Positions 22,106 to 36,265 of a DNA stretch of 64,000 nucleotides are shown one piece after another; the stretch's first letter is position 1, and every line of letters starts with the position of its first letter. The position numbers and the translations under genes are program-made. The DNA comes from Veleropilina oligotropha (taxonomy: Eukaryota). The notes beneath the pieces are model-generated. The model searched no databases, was not told where the DNA came from, and was given only the letters and a program-made list of their open reading frames with translations. The stretch spans positions 372,001 through 436,000 of the forward strand of contig JBEUKZ010000009.1 in the NCBI GenBank assembly GCA_048128005.1. The letters run 5' to 3'.

Positions 22106-25100
22106 TTATGCCCCCTAAACGAAGTTTGGGGGCATATAGTGTTGCACACGTCCGTCCGTCCGTCCGAACTTCGTTTCCGGGCTATAACTTTAGAATGCCT
22201 TCATGGATTTAAATGAAATTTGGTATGCAAGTGTATGATCATAATACCGAAGTGAAGTTCGATTACGGTAACATTCCGAATTTCCATTAAGGAGTTATGC
22301 CCCTTGATTCACTTTGAAACATTTTTTCATTTCCGGATGGTAACTTCAGAATGCCTTCATGGATTTGCATTAAATTTGGTATTCACGTGTATGATCATAA
22401 TACCGAAGTCAAGTTCGATTTCGGTAACATTCCGAATTTCCATAAAGGAGTTATGCCCCTTGATTAACTTGGAAAGATTTTTTCATTTCCGGGCGGTAAC
22501 TTCAGAATGCCTTCATGGATTTACATTAAATTTGGTATTCGCATGTATGATCATAATACCCAAGTCAAGTTCGATTTCGGTAACATTCCGAATTTCCAAA
22601 AAGGAGTTATGCCCTTTGATTCACTTGGAAACATTTTTTCATTTCTGGATGGTAACTTCAGAATGCCTTCATGGATTTGCATTAAATTTGGTATTCACGT
22701 GTATGATCATAATACCGAAGTCAAGTTCGATTTCGGTAACATTCCGATTTTCCATAAAGGAGTTATGCCCCTTGATTCACTTGGAAATATTTTTTCATTT
22801 CCGGGCGGTAACTTCAGAATGCCTTCATGGATTTACATTAAATTTGGTATTCGCATGTATGATCATAATACCCAAGTCAAGTTCGAAGTTTGGGGGCAAT
22901 ATAGTGTTGCACACGTCCGTCCGTCCGGGTGTCCGTCCGTCCGTCCGTCCGTCCGAACTTCGTTTCCGGGCTATAACTTTAGAATGCCTTCATGGATTTA
23001 AATGAAATTTGGTATGCAAGTGTATGATCATAATACCGAAGTGAAGTTCGATTACGGTAACATTCCGAATTTCCATTAAGGAGTTATGCCCCTTGATTCA
23101 CTTTGAAACATTTTTTCATTTCCGGATGGTAACTTCAGAATGCCTTCATGGATTTGCATTAAATTTGGTATTCACGTGTATGATCATAATACCGAAGTCA
23201 AGTTCGATTTCAGTAACATTCCGATTTTCCATAACGGAGTTATGCCCCTTGATTCACTTGGAAAGATTTTTTCATTTCCTGGCGGTAACTTCAGAATGCC
23301 TTCATGGATTTACATTAAATTTGGTATTCGCATGTATGATCATAATACCCAAGTCATGTTCGATTTCGGTAACATTCCGAATTTCCAAAAAGGAGTTATG
23401 CCCCTTGATTCACTTGGAAACATTTTTTTATTTCCGGATGGTAACTTCAGAATGCCTTCATGGATTTGCATTAAATTTGGTATTCACGTGTATGATCATA
23501 ATACCGAAGTCAAGTTCCATTTCAGTAACATTCCGAATTTCCATAAAGGAGTTATGCCCCTTGATTCACTTGGAAATATTTTTTCATTTCCGGGCGGTAA
23601 CTTCAGAATGCCTTCATGGATTTACATTAAATTTGGTATTCGCATGTATGATCATAATATCCAAGTCAAGTTCGATTTCGGTAACATTCCGAATTTCCAA
23701 AAAGGAGTTATGCCCCTTGATTCACTTTGAAACATTTTTTCATTTCCGGGCGGTAACTTGAGAATGCCTTCATGGATTTACATAAAATTTGGTATTCACG
23801 TGTATGATCATAATTGAAGTTCGATTTCGGTAACATTCCAAATTTTCATAAAGAAGTTATGCCCCTTGATTCACTTTGAAACATTTTTTCATTTCCGGGC
23901 GGTAACTTCAGAATGCCTTCATGGATTTACATTAAATTTGGTATTCACGTGTATGATCATAATACCGAAGTGAAGTTCTATTTCGGTAACGTTCCGAATT
24001 TCCATTAAGGAGTTATGCCCCTTGATTCACTTGGAAACATTTTTTCTTTTCTGGATGGTAACTTCAGAATGCCTTCATGGATTTGCATTAAATTTGGTAT
24101 TCACGTGTCTGATCATAATACCGAAGTCAAGTTCGATTTCGGTAACATTCCGATTTTCCATAAAGGAGTTATGCCCCTTGATTCACTTGGAAAGATTTTT
24201 TCATTTCCGGGCGGTAACTTCAGAATGCCTTCATGGATTTACATTAAATTTGGTATTCGCATGTATGATCATAATACCCAAGTCAAGTTCGATTTCGGTA
24301 ACATTCCGATTTTCCAAAAAGGAGTTATGCCCCTTGATTGACTTTGAAACATTTTTTCATTTCCGGGCGGTAACTTGAGAATGCCTTCATGGATTTACAT
24401 AAAATTTGGTATTCACGTGTATGATCATAATACCCAATTGAAGTTCGATTTCGGTAACATTCCAAATTTCCATAAAGGAGTTATGCCCCTTGATTCAATT
24501 TGAAACTTTTTCATTTCTGGGCGGTAACTTCAGAATGCCTTCATGGATTTGCATTAAATTTGGTATTCACGTGTATGATCATAATACCGAAGTGAAGTTC
24601 TATTTCGGTAACATTCCGAATTTCCATTAAGGAGTTATGCCCCTTGATTCACTTGGAAACATTTTTTCATTTCCTGGCGGTAACTTGAAAATGCCTTCAT
24701 GGATTTACATTAAATTTGGTATTCACATATATGATCATAATACCCAAGTAAAGTTTGATTTCGGTAACATTCCGAATTTCCATAAAGGAGTTATGTCCCT
24801 TGATTGACTTTGAAACATTTTTTCATTTCCGGGTGGTAACTTGAGAATGCCTTCATGGATTTACATAAAATTTGGTATTCACGTGTATGATTGTAATGGC
24901 TAAGTGCAGTGCGATTTCGGTAATATTCCCATGTTCCATAAAGGAGTTATGCCCCTTGATTCACTTGGAAACTTTTTTCATTTCGTGGCGGTAACTTCAG
25001 AATGCCATCATGGATTTAAATTAAATTTGATATTCACGTGTATGATTATAATATTAGCTAAGTGGAGTTAGATTTCGGTGACATTCCGCCTTCACATAAG

Positions 25101-25647
25101 GGAGTTATATGTATGTCCCTTCATCAACATGCACTTTTTTTCCCATTTTCGGCCGATAGCTTGATAATGCCTTCATGGATATAAATTACATTTGGTATAC
25201 ATTTGTAATATCATTGGAAACAAATTTTATGCCCGGTCCCCTGCAAAACGAAGTATGGAGAGAATTTATTGTTACACATGTTTGTCTCTCGAATGAATGC
25301 TTTAGATTCTGAGCTATATTAAGGCATTCATGGATTCAAATTAAATTAATTTGATATACACATCTATATCAGAATATCTGAGTGGAGTTTCATTTCTATA
25401 CATTCCCAACTTCATTTAGGAGACATAGGACATTAATTATTAATTTAATTTTGTTTTCTATTCTGGACGATAACTTTTGAATACATTCATGGAATGAAAC
25501 TATATTTTGAATATAGGTGTATACTTATTCATACATTGTTAAATGCGTAAATTCAATGTTAAGAGAGTTATTGCTGTTCACTTGGAATTTCTTTCATTCC
25601 TGGCAGGTGTTTCAGAGGGGGCATTCGTGTCACTCTGACATATCTAG
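22106..25647 (+). mobile_element. Helentron/HINE (pearl-like) element, family A, with a long ~156-bp tandem array
   Basis: 5' hairpin atgccccctaaac-gaa-gtttgggggcat, (GTCC)n, about 20 cores of ~156 bp degrading toward the 3' end, subterminal IR agggggcat, 3' hairpin tgtca..tgaca plus CTAG|TT. Confidence 0.85.
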
Positions 25648-26122
25648 TTTTTAAATATTCAGTAGCGATTAATTAAAACGGTAGTAAATTACTGACGAAA
25701 GTTGAGTGCTGAAAATTCCTAACTTTTTATGTTATAAACAAAAAGTGTAATGCTGTCAGTTTTCTTTTTACAAAAGAAAGAGCGCATTTATGGGCAATAG
25801 TCTCTTTAAGCACTGTTATGCATTGATCGGTAATATTGTGACCCATGTGATGGCTTTATAGATGAGACATTGAATAAACATGCATAGTTAATTATAAGAA
25901 AAATAACCTCGAGTTAGGTACACATTTTTCTCAAAGGCATATTATAAGGCCTGATGACCCACCTAACTTTTATGCCCATAAGATCTGTGTCTGAAAAATC
26001 GATGTTCAGTCGCATTACAACTGAAAAATTGTTAAAAATATTTGGAAAGAATATTTAATTGCTATTCTGACATTATACGATTGATTGTTGATTTCAAATT
26101 AGCATGTTTGCTTTTTTTCCAG

Positions 26123-26172
26123 CCAAAAGATAAACCATATGTTCAACAAGTAGCTCAAGAGATAAAAACAAG
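26123..26172 (+). CDS. MGAT4: MGAT4-like exon (50 bp)
   Basis: ttttttccag|cca..ag|gtaagt; PKDKPYVQQVAQEIKT. Phases 0/2 fit both neighbours. Confidence 0.85.
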
Positions 26173-28116
26173 GTAAGTAAGATCACATTTTGACATGCAT
26201 GTTATACATAACATTAGTGTTATTAGCTATCTGTTAAATTTACAATTTCCAAAAAATTTTACAATTTACAATTTGCGAAAAAAATTCTCTTTGTGTTGTT
26301 ATTTAATCTTTTGAATCAATTTTTGTAAGGTTCCTGCTTTATCTAAGTTAAGCTATGAAATGTAAGCAAATTCACTATTAATTTTAAAATAGAGGTTTAC
26401 TTACTAAATATGAGGCGTAGCAGGAAGAATAGAATTTTTGACCGCTCATATCAAAGTCTTCGTTATGTGAGTCGCTAAAGGTGCATGTTATGAAATAGAA
26501 CTTGGCGATAAATCGAAGTGAGCATGTATTCATGGTCACAATACCTGACAGGCTGGATGTATATCACGCCTATGATCTTGTGTTTCCAATATTCTTGATC
26601 AATGTGATCTTTGTAACACCATCATTTAGAACATATGTATGCAGAGGTCTTGGGATGCCAGTTCAGAGTCGACTAAGTTACTTCAGGTTCGAGAGTGATG
26701 TATTATACTTAAGTTAGCATTTGCATTTCGTGAATGTGTCCAGTGCATATTTGTGGATCTTGACAAAGGTATAATCCACGTACCTGAACCCGAGTGATAG
26801 GATGTTGTGGCATATGGACAGCTGGATGACAGTCTGTTCTACGATGGTTTTAGAGGATGATATCTTATAATTAATTCTCTAGATCACGTTAATAGTCTTA
26901 TATTTACTATCTAATATTGGTAAACAAAGCACAGTCATCGCAGAATTTCTATCTATGGAGTAGGAACAATATTATCTACAAATTATACTGCTTTAATTTG
27001 ACAACTTATTGTAAATTTTTGTGTGTAGAGATATTTATATCATAAAATTATAAGACAAAAAGCATGTTCATAAGACCTTGAGATTTTATTTGTTTGATGA
27101 AGATCTTATCTTTCGATCAATATTTCAAGGAAGAATTTCAAGTCATTTTGAGGGGAAATCACGACATTTTAGTAACAGGTGAATGATCATGATAGTGTCC
27201 CCAAAACGGCAACACCTGCAAAAGTCTGCTTTTATGATTTTATATTTTCAGCTGGCATGTGCTTGTAAGCAAAATGATGAAAATTGTTTAACGCTGTAAT
27301 ATTTCCACTTTAAGCATGAATATTGTGTAATGCGTCTTTGTTTGACTGTGTGCACAGCCTATAGTCGTGGGCATGATCGATGCGAGAGTATGAGATCATG
27401 CACGTACTGTCTTGCATATAATAATCCATCAGTGCATACTTGGCCACTGCATGTTTTCCATTAGATATGCAAACATTGCCATCCTGGCATTTAGAGAGTG
27501 TCGTCAGACGCTTTCAGGCATATATAAGTATAACAATGATTGTGTTGATATTGAGAACAGCTATTTAGATATTAATTAGCAAGTTCCGACGTAAATGACT
27601 TAAACTAAAGACTATATATATAGATATAAATGTGTCCAACACATTGGATTGGAGGGCTTAGTATGCCAATCCCTGTCTGTAAATGATAAATCACATTAAT
27701 TATAAATTATAAATACAATCAATACACAATGTACTTCTTTTTTGAAAATGCATATACAATATTTCAGTTTTTCTTTGGTATGCGCAGACTTTTGATCGTT
27801 AACATAAAAAACAATAATGTTTTATTGGTTTTTGGTAACATTGGCTCTGCCCTTACCACAAATAAAACATTTAGGTGGTAGTGACTGGCGACACCTTGTT
27901 TTGGTATAACTTGAATTATGCATTGTAAATAATATTTGGCCAATTAATGTAGCGTAAAGTTGGTTAAACCTTTGGTCTGTAATGGAAGTTTATTGCAACA
28001 TCGATTGACGTCGATGCGCTTACATACCCCTCGTGTATTGTAAATCGTGCCACCTCATTACACTGTTTATTATTGATGACTCATTTACAAATTTTAAGTC
28101 ATCTGTTTACTCATAT

Positions 28117-29040
28117 TTATGCCCCCACAAACGAAGTTTAGGGGGGGCATATAGGAGTCAGCTTGTCTGTCTGTTGGTCAGTTGCAAATTCCTTTCTGCT
28201 CCATATCTCCGATACTATTTGACCGAGGGACACGAACCTTGATGTGTGCATGCGTCATAACCCAAAGGTGTGTCATGTACTGAAAGTAGGTCACCACGAC
28301 CTACTTTTCATGCTTGACTGCGCTTAATCCAAAATTCCCTTCCGCTCCATAACTCCCATACTATTTGACTGAGCGACAGGAAACTTGATAAGTGTATGCA
28401 TCATTGCCCAAAGGTGTCGCGTACCAAAAGTAGCTCACCGTGACCTACTTTTCACGCTTGACCACATTTGGTCTAAAATTCCCTTCCGCTCTATATCTCC
28501 CATACTATTTGACCTAGGGACATGAAACTTCATATTTGTATGCGTCATAACTGAAAGGTATGTTGCGTACCGAAAGTAGGTCACTGCGTCCTACTTTGCA
28601 TTTGTTCCAAAATTCCCTTCCACTTCATATCTTCCATACTATTTGACAGAGGGACACGAAACTTTATGTATGTATGTGTCATAACCCAAAGGTGTGTTTC
28701 ATACCAAAAGTAGGTCACAGCTGCCTACTTTCCATGCTTCACCACATTTGGTCCAAAATTGCCTTCCGCTCCATATCTCCCATACTACGCGAGTATTTGA
28801 CCGAGGGACATGAAACTTCATATGTGCATGCGTCATAAGGGAAAGGTATGTAGCGTACCGAAAGTATGTCACCACAATATACTTTTCACACTTGACTGCA
28901 TTCAGTCTAAAATTCCCTTCCGCTCCATATCTCCTATACTATTTGACTGAGAGACATGAAAATTCATGTGTGTATGCAACAATCTGTTCCTGTGTCAAAC
29001 GCTTTCGTGGGGGCATGTGATCACTCCTATGATACCTTTA
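28117..29040 (+). mobile_element. HINE-like element with ~145-bp cores (about 6)
   Basis: atgcccccac / gtgggggcat IR, 5' hairpin, GTCT tract, tandem cores. Confidence 0.75.
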
Positions 29041-29984
29041 GATATAAAATATTACTTTTTATCATTTGAGTTTTAATTACATTTATTTTACAGTTATATG
29101 TTTCGATTTTATGTTTGTGTGTGAACGTTTGGGATAATTTTATGTTTAGATCTTTATTATTTTTTATATATTTTACTTTGTTACAAATTTTGTATTTGAA
29201 TAGCTTATATTTTATTTGCTTAATATATTGTTTTGTATATAGAGTTTTCGGTGGTGCTATAATTGGGTGTAAACCTGTTCCCTGCCTTATTTAAATAAAT
29301 AAAATAAAAAAATAAATAAATGACTTAATGGGTTGTTATAGCAGTGATAATGCCAGAGAATGAAGGCCAAGATCAGTCCTCCATTTCTATTTTATCTGTG
29401 GTGTACGCATGTAATAGAACAATTACAACTTTCAGGTTCCATCTAATAATTACACACAGCGCCAATTCATTTATTTATTCAACATGCATGATGTGCCTCA
29501 ACTTATAACTGAAACTTCTTGCAGTGGTCACTTTAGTATCATCTGACTGATTGCTGTAATATTTGCAAAAACATGAGATTTGTGGGATATGTTTCATTTT
29601 CTTGAACAAAATGGATAAAGCTGCATGGTTCTGACGTTTCGGGGTTGCCCCAGCCGATCAAAATAATGCAGAGGTGTCCAGTGACGGTAAGTCCGTCGAG
29701 ACAAGAAAAACTCCACTTCAAGCTGTTTCACAAAGCTCAAAATACTGCGGGTAAATATGTGAATCTTGTGTTCAGACCATAATGGAGCTGTATTTTCATG
29801 TGATTTATCAGTTGTACTGAACTAGTCAGAGCTGTATGAATGTAACAGCATCTTCAAACATTTCCTCAAATATTCGCGTCCATGTTTGTTTGTATGTAAA
29901 GGTAATTTGTAGGCATGCGTGATGTGTAGACGAAAGTGAATCTCTAAAGGCTGCCCCGAGAATGTTTTTAAAAGTATAGTTTCT

Positions 29985-30785
29985 ATGATTATATGTGATG
30001 GAAACTCACTGGAAGCCATCGAAACAAGCAAATGCTTGGGTGTCACCTTCAGTAACGACTTGTCTTGGAAAGAGCATGTAAACCAAACCGTGGCCAAACA
30101 GGACAGTAACGGTTTCTAAGACGCAATCTTAGATCCTGTCCAGAAGACGTCCGATCGCGAGCCGACACCACCCTAGTACGACCAATCGTGGAGTACGCCT
30201 CTGCAAGCTGGGATCCATTCCACCAACAGCAAATCAGCAGTTTGGAAAGGTGTAAAGGCAGGCGGCAAGATTTGTCACCAATAACTACCATTCCAGGGAA
30301 CCACGTACGATCGCCACAATGATGTACCATCTAAAATGGGAAACATTGGAGGAGAGACGGTGTCGTGCGAGGGAGATTTTATTCCATAAGATCATCAACC
30401 ATCAAGTAGACAGCGACCTGCTTGGATACATCCAACCAGTGGACTCCAGGACCAGAGGATCGTCAATAAATAACATCAGACAGATCCCGGCCAGAACTAA
30501 CACATTCCTGAAAGCTTTCTACCAAGGACCATTGTATGGTGGAACAACATTCCAAATGCAGTCAGGAGGACACTACCGACTTCTGACAGGCAACGGACCC
30601 AGCAGCAGCCTCAAATAAAGTCACCAATCCAGAGACAATTTTTTATCCTAAACCTACCAAAAAAAAGAAGCCGTTTTTAACATTTTACTGGTGGGTCAAA
30701 TAATGCGTACTGCATGTCGCTGGAACTTTTACACTCTGCATAGAGTCTGTTCCTGTCAAGGAAGATGATGATGATGTTGATGTTG
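29985..30785 (+). mobile_element. Degenerate 5'-truncated CR1-group LINE
   Basis: Frameshifted RT C-terminus: KCLGVTFSNDLSWKEHVN, FLRRNLRSCP, TLVRPIVEYASASWDP, LKWETLEERR, LPRTIVWWN; (GAT)n tail. Confidence 0.85.
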
Positions 30786-30879
30786 TGGCTTGTGTAGCTT
30801 GTATGAAGTAAATTAATGTATTAGCTGTCTAAAATTGTAAAAATTCTCAATTTATTATTTGTCATGCTATTTCTTTCAG

Positions 30880-30993
30880 TTTACCAGCCAGCGTTGAAAG
30901 CGGTTTGATCGAGATTATCTCCCCTCCAGATTCTTTTTATCCAAACTTGGACAATCTGAGGGAAACGCTAGGAGATTCACAGGAGCGAGTCAA
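30880..30993 (+). CDS. MGAT4: MGAT4-like exon
   Basis: tttcag|t..aa|gtaag; [37 protein letters not shown]. Confidence 0.95.
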
Positions 30994-31241
30994 GTAAGAT
31001 CATTATATGTTCTCAAAGTAAATATTTTGATTTTGTACGTAATTAGCTCATGACATCGATATTCGGTTTACAAGCCCTTAATGATTCATCATACTGTCTC
31101 CCAGCCAAATAATAATTTACAGTTGCAAAATCATATGTTAAATTGTTTTAAATGTATAATTGGCTAATTATAAATAAAATGATTAAATGACTGTGTAGTT
31201 GTACATACATACGTAATTTTAAGCATTATTATTGCTTGCAG

Positions 31242-31317
31242 ATGGCGGACAAAACAAAACCTAGATTTTTCGTTTATGATGTTGTATGGTCGAAACCGGG
31301 GATACTTTTATGTACAG
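31242..31317 (+). CDS. MGAT4: MGAT4-like exon
   Basis: ttgcag|a..cag|gtag; WRTKQNLDFSFMMLYGRNRGYFYVQ (WRTKQNLD family motif). Confidence 0.95.
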
Positions 31318-31333
31318 GTAGAGTAGTAGAGAA

Positions 31334-32107
31334 TGCATCACTGCATCACAACATGCATTTATCATGCACTACAACATGCATGCACATTATGCACCACAAC
31401 ATGCATGAGCATATTGCAATCAACATCATGCACCACCACATGCATGAGCATATCACAATCAGCATCATGCACCACAACATGCATGAGCATATCGCAATCA
31501 GCATCACTGCACCACCACATGCATGAGCATATCACAATCAGCATCATGCACCACCACATGCATGAGCATATCGCAATCAGCATCATGCACCACAACATGC
31601 ATTTATCATGCACTACAACATAAATGCGCATTATGCACCACAACATGCATGAGCATATCGCAATCAGCATCATGCACCACCACATGCATGAGCATATCGC
31701 AATCAGCATCATGCACCACAACATGCATTTATCATGCACTACAACATAAATGCGCATTATGCACCACAACATGCATGAGCATATCGCAATCAGCATCATG
31801 CACCACCACATGCATGAGCATATCGCAATCAGCATCATGCACCACAACATGCATTTATCATGCACTACAACATAAATGCGCATTATGCACCACAACATGC
31901 ATGAGCATATCGCAATCAGCATCATGCACCACCACATGCATGAGCATATCGCAATCAGCATCATGCACCACAACATGCATTTATCATGCACTACAACATA
32001 CATGCGCATTATGCACCACAACATGCATGAGTCACTGCACCACAACATGCATGCATCGTGCACAGCAACATGCATTACTTTTGCACCACACCACAAATGC
32101 ATGCATC
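31334..32107. repeat. CATG-rich minisatellite (39-bp unit, 126-bp higher-order period)
   Basis: catgcatttatcatgcactacaaca recurs at 31596, 31722, 31848 and 31974. Confidence 0.9.
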
Positions 32108-33398
32108 ATATCTTCTAAAAGTGTTGGTTTGTTCTGGGTCAATGCTTTAAATGTCCCTTTATAACACCCAGGAAAACCCAACTGGCCAGTTTTGAAGGAC
32201 TGTGACTGTCAAACCGACACAGTCCCCAGCTCAGGATTTGATTGCATTTCTGTTAATCAGAGTAAGTGAATTGAGAGCCATGCTCTTATCAACTACAGTT
32301 CTGAGCGACCCCTCAAAAGTTATTAGACCCAATTTGCATACCGTTTTTGTTGAGTTGCAATGCAAAAGTATTATCACGGTTACAAGTGTCTTGGGGGTGT
32401 CTGTTACCTTTGTTTCTAACTTGGCATAAACCTCCATATGACGTCGTGAACATTCTCTGGGAAATCTGTGTTTTTCTGAAATTAAATGTTTGGGACTTGA
32501 AAAATCCACTTCATGGCCAATTATACCTTCCATTGTGACCATCTCTAAATTACCTACATATTGATATATACATAATTTATGTGTGTTATTGCTGGCGAAG
32601 TGCTGCGCGTAAATTTATCAAGTATTGTGTTACTAATTCACTTACCAGGAAATATGTGTACTCTTCTGCCTTTGTGACAGTAGCTAAATTTCATGTGGGC
32701 CTTGAAAAACTAACAGCAATTGTCACAATGGTGGGAGATCGACATATTTTGACTTTGAGGCCATTTGATGACTATTTGAGTACATTTGATGACAGACTAT
32801 TTGAGTACATTCAGAAGAATTGGTAAAATCGGCCACTGCTTCTGTCAGCATTGATATATTAACAGTGTAGTGTGCCCTTGCTTGACATATATATCCTCTC
32901 TTATTGTATCCCCCGAAAGTGTCGGGGGGATACTATGGTTTAGTGTCTGTTGCGCCATCGCCGCGGATAATTCCTTGTGATCGCTCTAGACAGGTCATTA
33001 CCGGGGGGGGGGGGGGGGCAGGGGATACATATGCGGTCACTCGTGACTCGTAAGCACCACCTACATATGTGACCCTGACCATCTGACTGTCTGTCCATTC
33101 TAGATTATGTCCATCTGTCCTTTCTAGATCAAAATCAAGTGTTGCAGTACCCATCTTGTGCAATTGTGTTGTGATTTTTTATTAAGAAACCATGCTTGTG
33201 TTAATTTGCTGTTTAACTTCAGTGGAACTCAACAGGTCGAGAGGTCTCTGTGTTTCTTGCCATGATAATGGTGACCTGATATATCCCAATGCATATAATC
33301 AGAATGCTACATGGAATCTGGTGTTATGTAAATGATAACATTATAAGAGATCTATGTACATTATATAAGGTCTCTGCATGGTTATTTATAAATTTGGT

Positions 33399-34454
33399 AA
33401 TTAAATGAGTAACATGAAGTTTGATTAAGATTATACCATATCAACCTAACACAGAGATCACGTGAGATGTGATGTAGTGGCCGTGAGATTCAGACTTCAT
33501 AGCAACACATGATGTACACATTGCAACCATCACGAGGGTGGGTGGGCACTATTGATCTCTGTGTTAGGTTGATATGGTATAATCTTAATCAAACTTCATG
33601 TTACTCGTTTAATTTCCAATTATACCATATCAACAACACTGAACGAGATCTCGTGAGATTTTAGAGAGAATGTGTACAACATGGGAAAATCATTCAAAGA
33701 CAGATGACAATGGTTTAAACTTTAATTTCATTAAAGATAACCAAATACCCTTGTCATAGTTTACCCAGAAAAGCATTAAGTACTATATGAAAGTAAAATA
33801 TATTTTTACCTGCGTCTAGCAGGGTCAATGAATGGTACATGTAAGTTGTTGTTGTTGTTCTTGTTGTTCTTCTTCTTGGGGGGAAGACAATTTTGAAATG
33901 ATTTCAACCAGATCTTCCACCTTTTAGGCGACTTCGACAACAAGCCAATTTGAAAAAAGTGCATGACCACTTGATGTATGAATTGAGAGATGCTGCCTAA
34001 CAGAATAGCAAATTACCATGACAGCCTCTTTGATGAATAAATATTAAATCATACAGAAACGTGGTCTGTATTATATGTATCACACATGTTTCACAGTAGT
34101 AAAAGAGGTATAACAGTTAAACATTTTAAGATTTTGCATACTTTATTAAATTATAATTAATCAACTTTATTATAATTAACTAAGTCTGTCAAAGGGGCGT
34201 AACTCTTGAAAACCAATTTGTGAATTCTATGAAATCATACAGAAACATGGTCTGTATTATATGTATCACACATGTTTCACAGTAGAAATTTTGCTTATGA
34301 CGCAGGTTATTGCACACATTCTGTGCTTGTTTTTAAATTAACAGCAGCGTAAAAAAATGTGTCAAGTCCGAATCAAAACCATTCGATCACAGAATCTCAC
34401 GGCCACTACATCACATCTCACGAGATCTCGTTCAGTGTTGTTGATATGGTATAA
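33399..34454. repeat. Composite inverted-repeat / MITE-like structure
   Basis: 33399-33460 is inverted at 33553-33614; 33620-33659 and 33461-33491 are both inverted within 34392-34454. Confidence 0.75.
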
Positions 34455-34472
34455 GTAATATTCATTGGGCAC

Positions 34473-36265
34473 GGGCCTAGGCTGTTATATAATACTACAT
34501 ACAGGGCCCAGGCTGTTATATCATACTGCATACAGGGCCTAGGCTGTTATATCATACTACATACAGGGCCTAGGCTGTTATATAATGCCACATACATGGC
34601 CTAGCTAGGCTGTTATATCATACTGCATACAGGGCCTAGGCTGTTATATAATACTACATACAGGGCCTAGGCTGTTATATAATACTGCATACAGGGCTAG
34701 GCTGTTATATAATACTGCATACAGGGCCAAGGCTGTTATATAATACTGCATACAGGGCTAGGCTGTTATATAATACTACATACAGGGCCAAGGCTGTTAT
34801 ATAATACTGCATACAGGGCTAGGCTGTTATATAATACTGCATACAGCGCCTAGGCTGTTATATAATACTGCATACAGGGCCTATGCTGTTATATAATACT
34901 GCATACAGGGCCTAGGCTGTTATATAATACTACATACAGGGCCTAGGCTGTTATATAATACTGCATACAGGGCCTAGGCTGTTATATAATACTGCATACA
35001 GGGCCTAGGCTGTTATATAATACTGCATACAGGGCCTAGGTTGTTATATAATACTACATACAGGGCTAGGCTGTTATATAATACTGCATACAGGGCCTAG
35101 GCTGTTATATAATACTACATACAGGCCTAGGCTGTTATATAATACTGCATACAGGGCCTAGGCTGTTATATCATACTGCATACAGGGCCTAGGCTGTTAT
35201 ATAATACTGCATACAGGGCCTAGGCTGTTATATAATACTACATACAGGGCCTAGGCTGTTATATCATACTACATACTGGGCCAAGGCTGTTATATCATAC
35301 TGCATACAGGGCCTAGGCTGTTATATAATACTACATACAGGGCCTAGGCTGTTATATAATACTGCATACAGGGCTAGGCTGTTATATAATACTGCATACA
35401 GGGCCAAGGCTGTTATATAATACTACACACAGGGCCTAGGCTGTTATATAATACTGCATACAGGGCCTAGGCTGTTATATCATACTGCATACAGGGCCTA
35501 GGCTGTTATATAATACTGCATACAGGGCCTAGGCTGTTATATAATACTACATACAGGGCCTAGGCTGTTATATCATACTACATACTGGGCCAAGGCTGTT
35601 ATATCATACTGCATACAGGGCCTAGGCTGGTATATAATACTACATACAGGGCCTAGGCTGTTATATAATACTGCATGCAGGGCTAGGCTGTTATATAATA
35701 CTGCATACAGGGCCAAGGCTGTTATATAATACTGCATACAGGGCTAGGCTGTTATATAATACTACATACAGGGCCAAGGCTGTTATATAATACTGCATAC
35801 AGGGCTAGGCTGTTATATAATACTGCATACAGGGCCTAGGCTGTTATATAATACTGCATACAGGGCCTAGGCTGTTATATCATACTACATACAGGGCCTA
35901 GGCTGTGATATAATACTGCATACAGGGCCTAGGCTGTTATATAATACTGCATACAGGGCCTAGGCTGTTATATCATACTACATACAGGGCTTAGGCTGTT
36001 ATATAATACTACATACAGGGCCTAGGCTGTTATATAATACTGCATACAGGGCCTAGGCTGTTATATAATACTGCATACAGGGCCTAGGCTGTTATATAAT
36101 ACTACATACAGGACCTAGGCTGTTATACCATACTACATACTGGGCCTAGGCTGTTATATCATACTACATGCAGGGCCTAGGCTGTTATATAATACTGCAT
36201 ACAGGGCCTAGGTTGTTATATAATACTGCATACAGGGCCTAGGCTGTTATATAGTACTACATACA
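34473..36265. repeat. 31-bp minisatellite (agggcctaggctgttatataatactgcatac), about 58 copies
   Basis: Directly visible tandem array. Confidence 0.97.

Noticed and set aside
22304..24378. Long ORFs (up to 233 aa) with 52-aa periodicity
   Set aside because: By-products of the 156-bp tandem core; several frames are open at once and they lie in an intron.
31236..32164. His/Met/Cys-rich ORFs suggesting a metal-binding protein
   Set aside because: Translations of the CATG minisatellite on both strands; the real exon ends at 31317.
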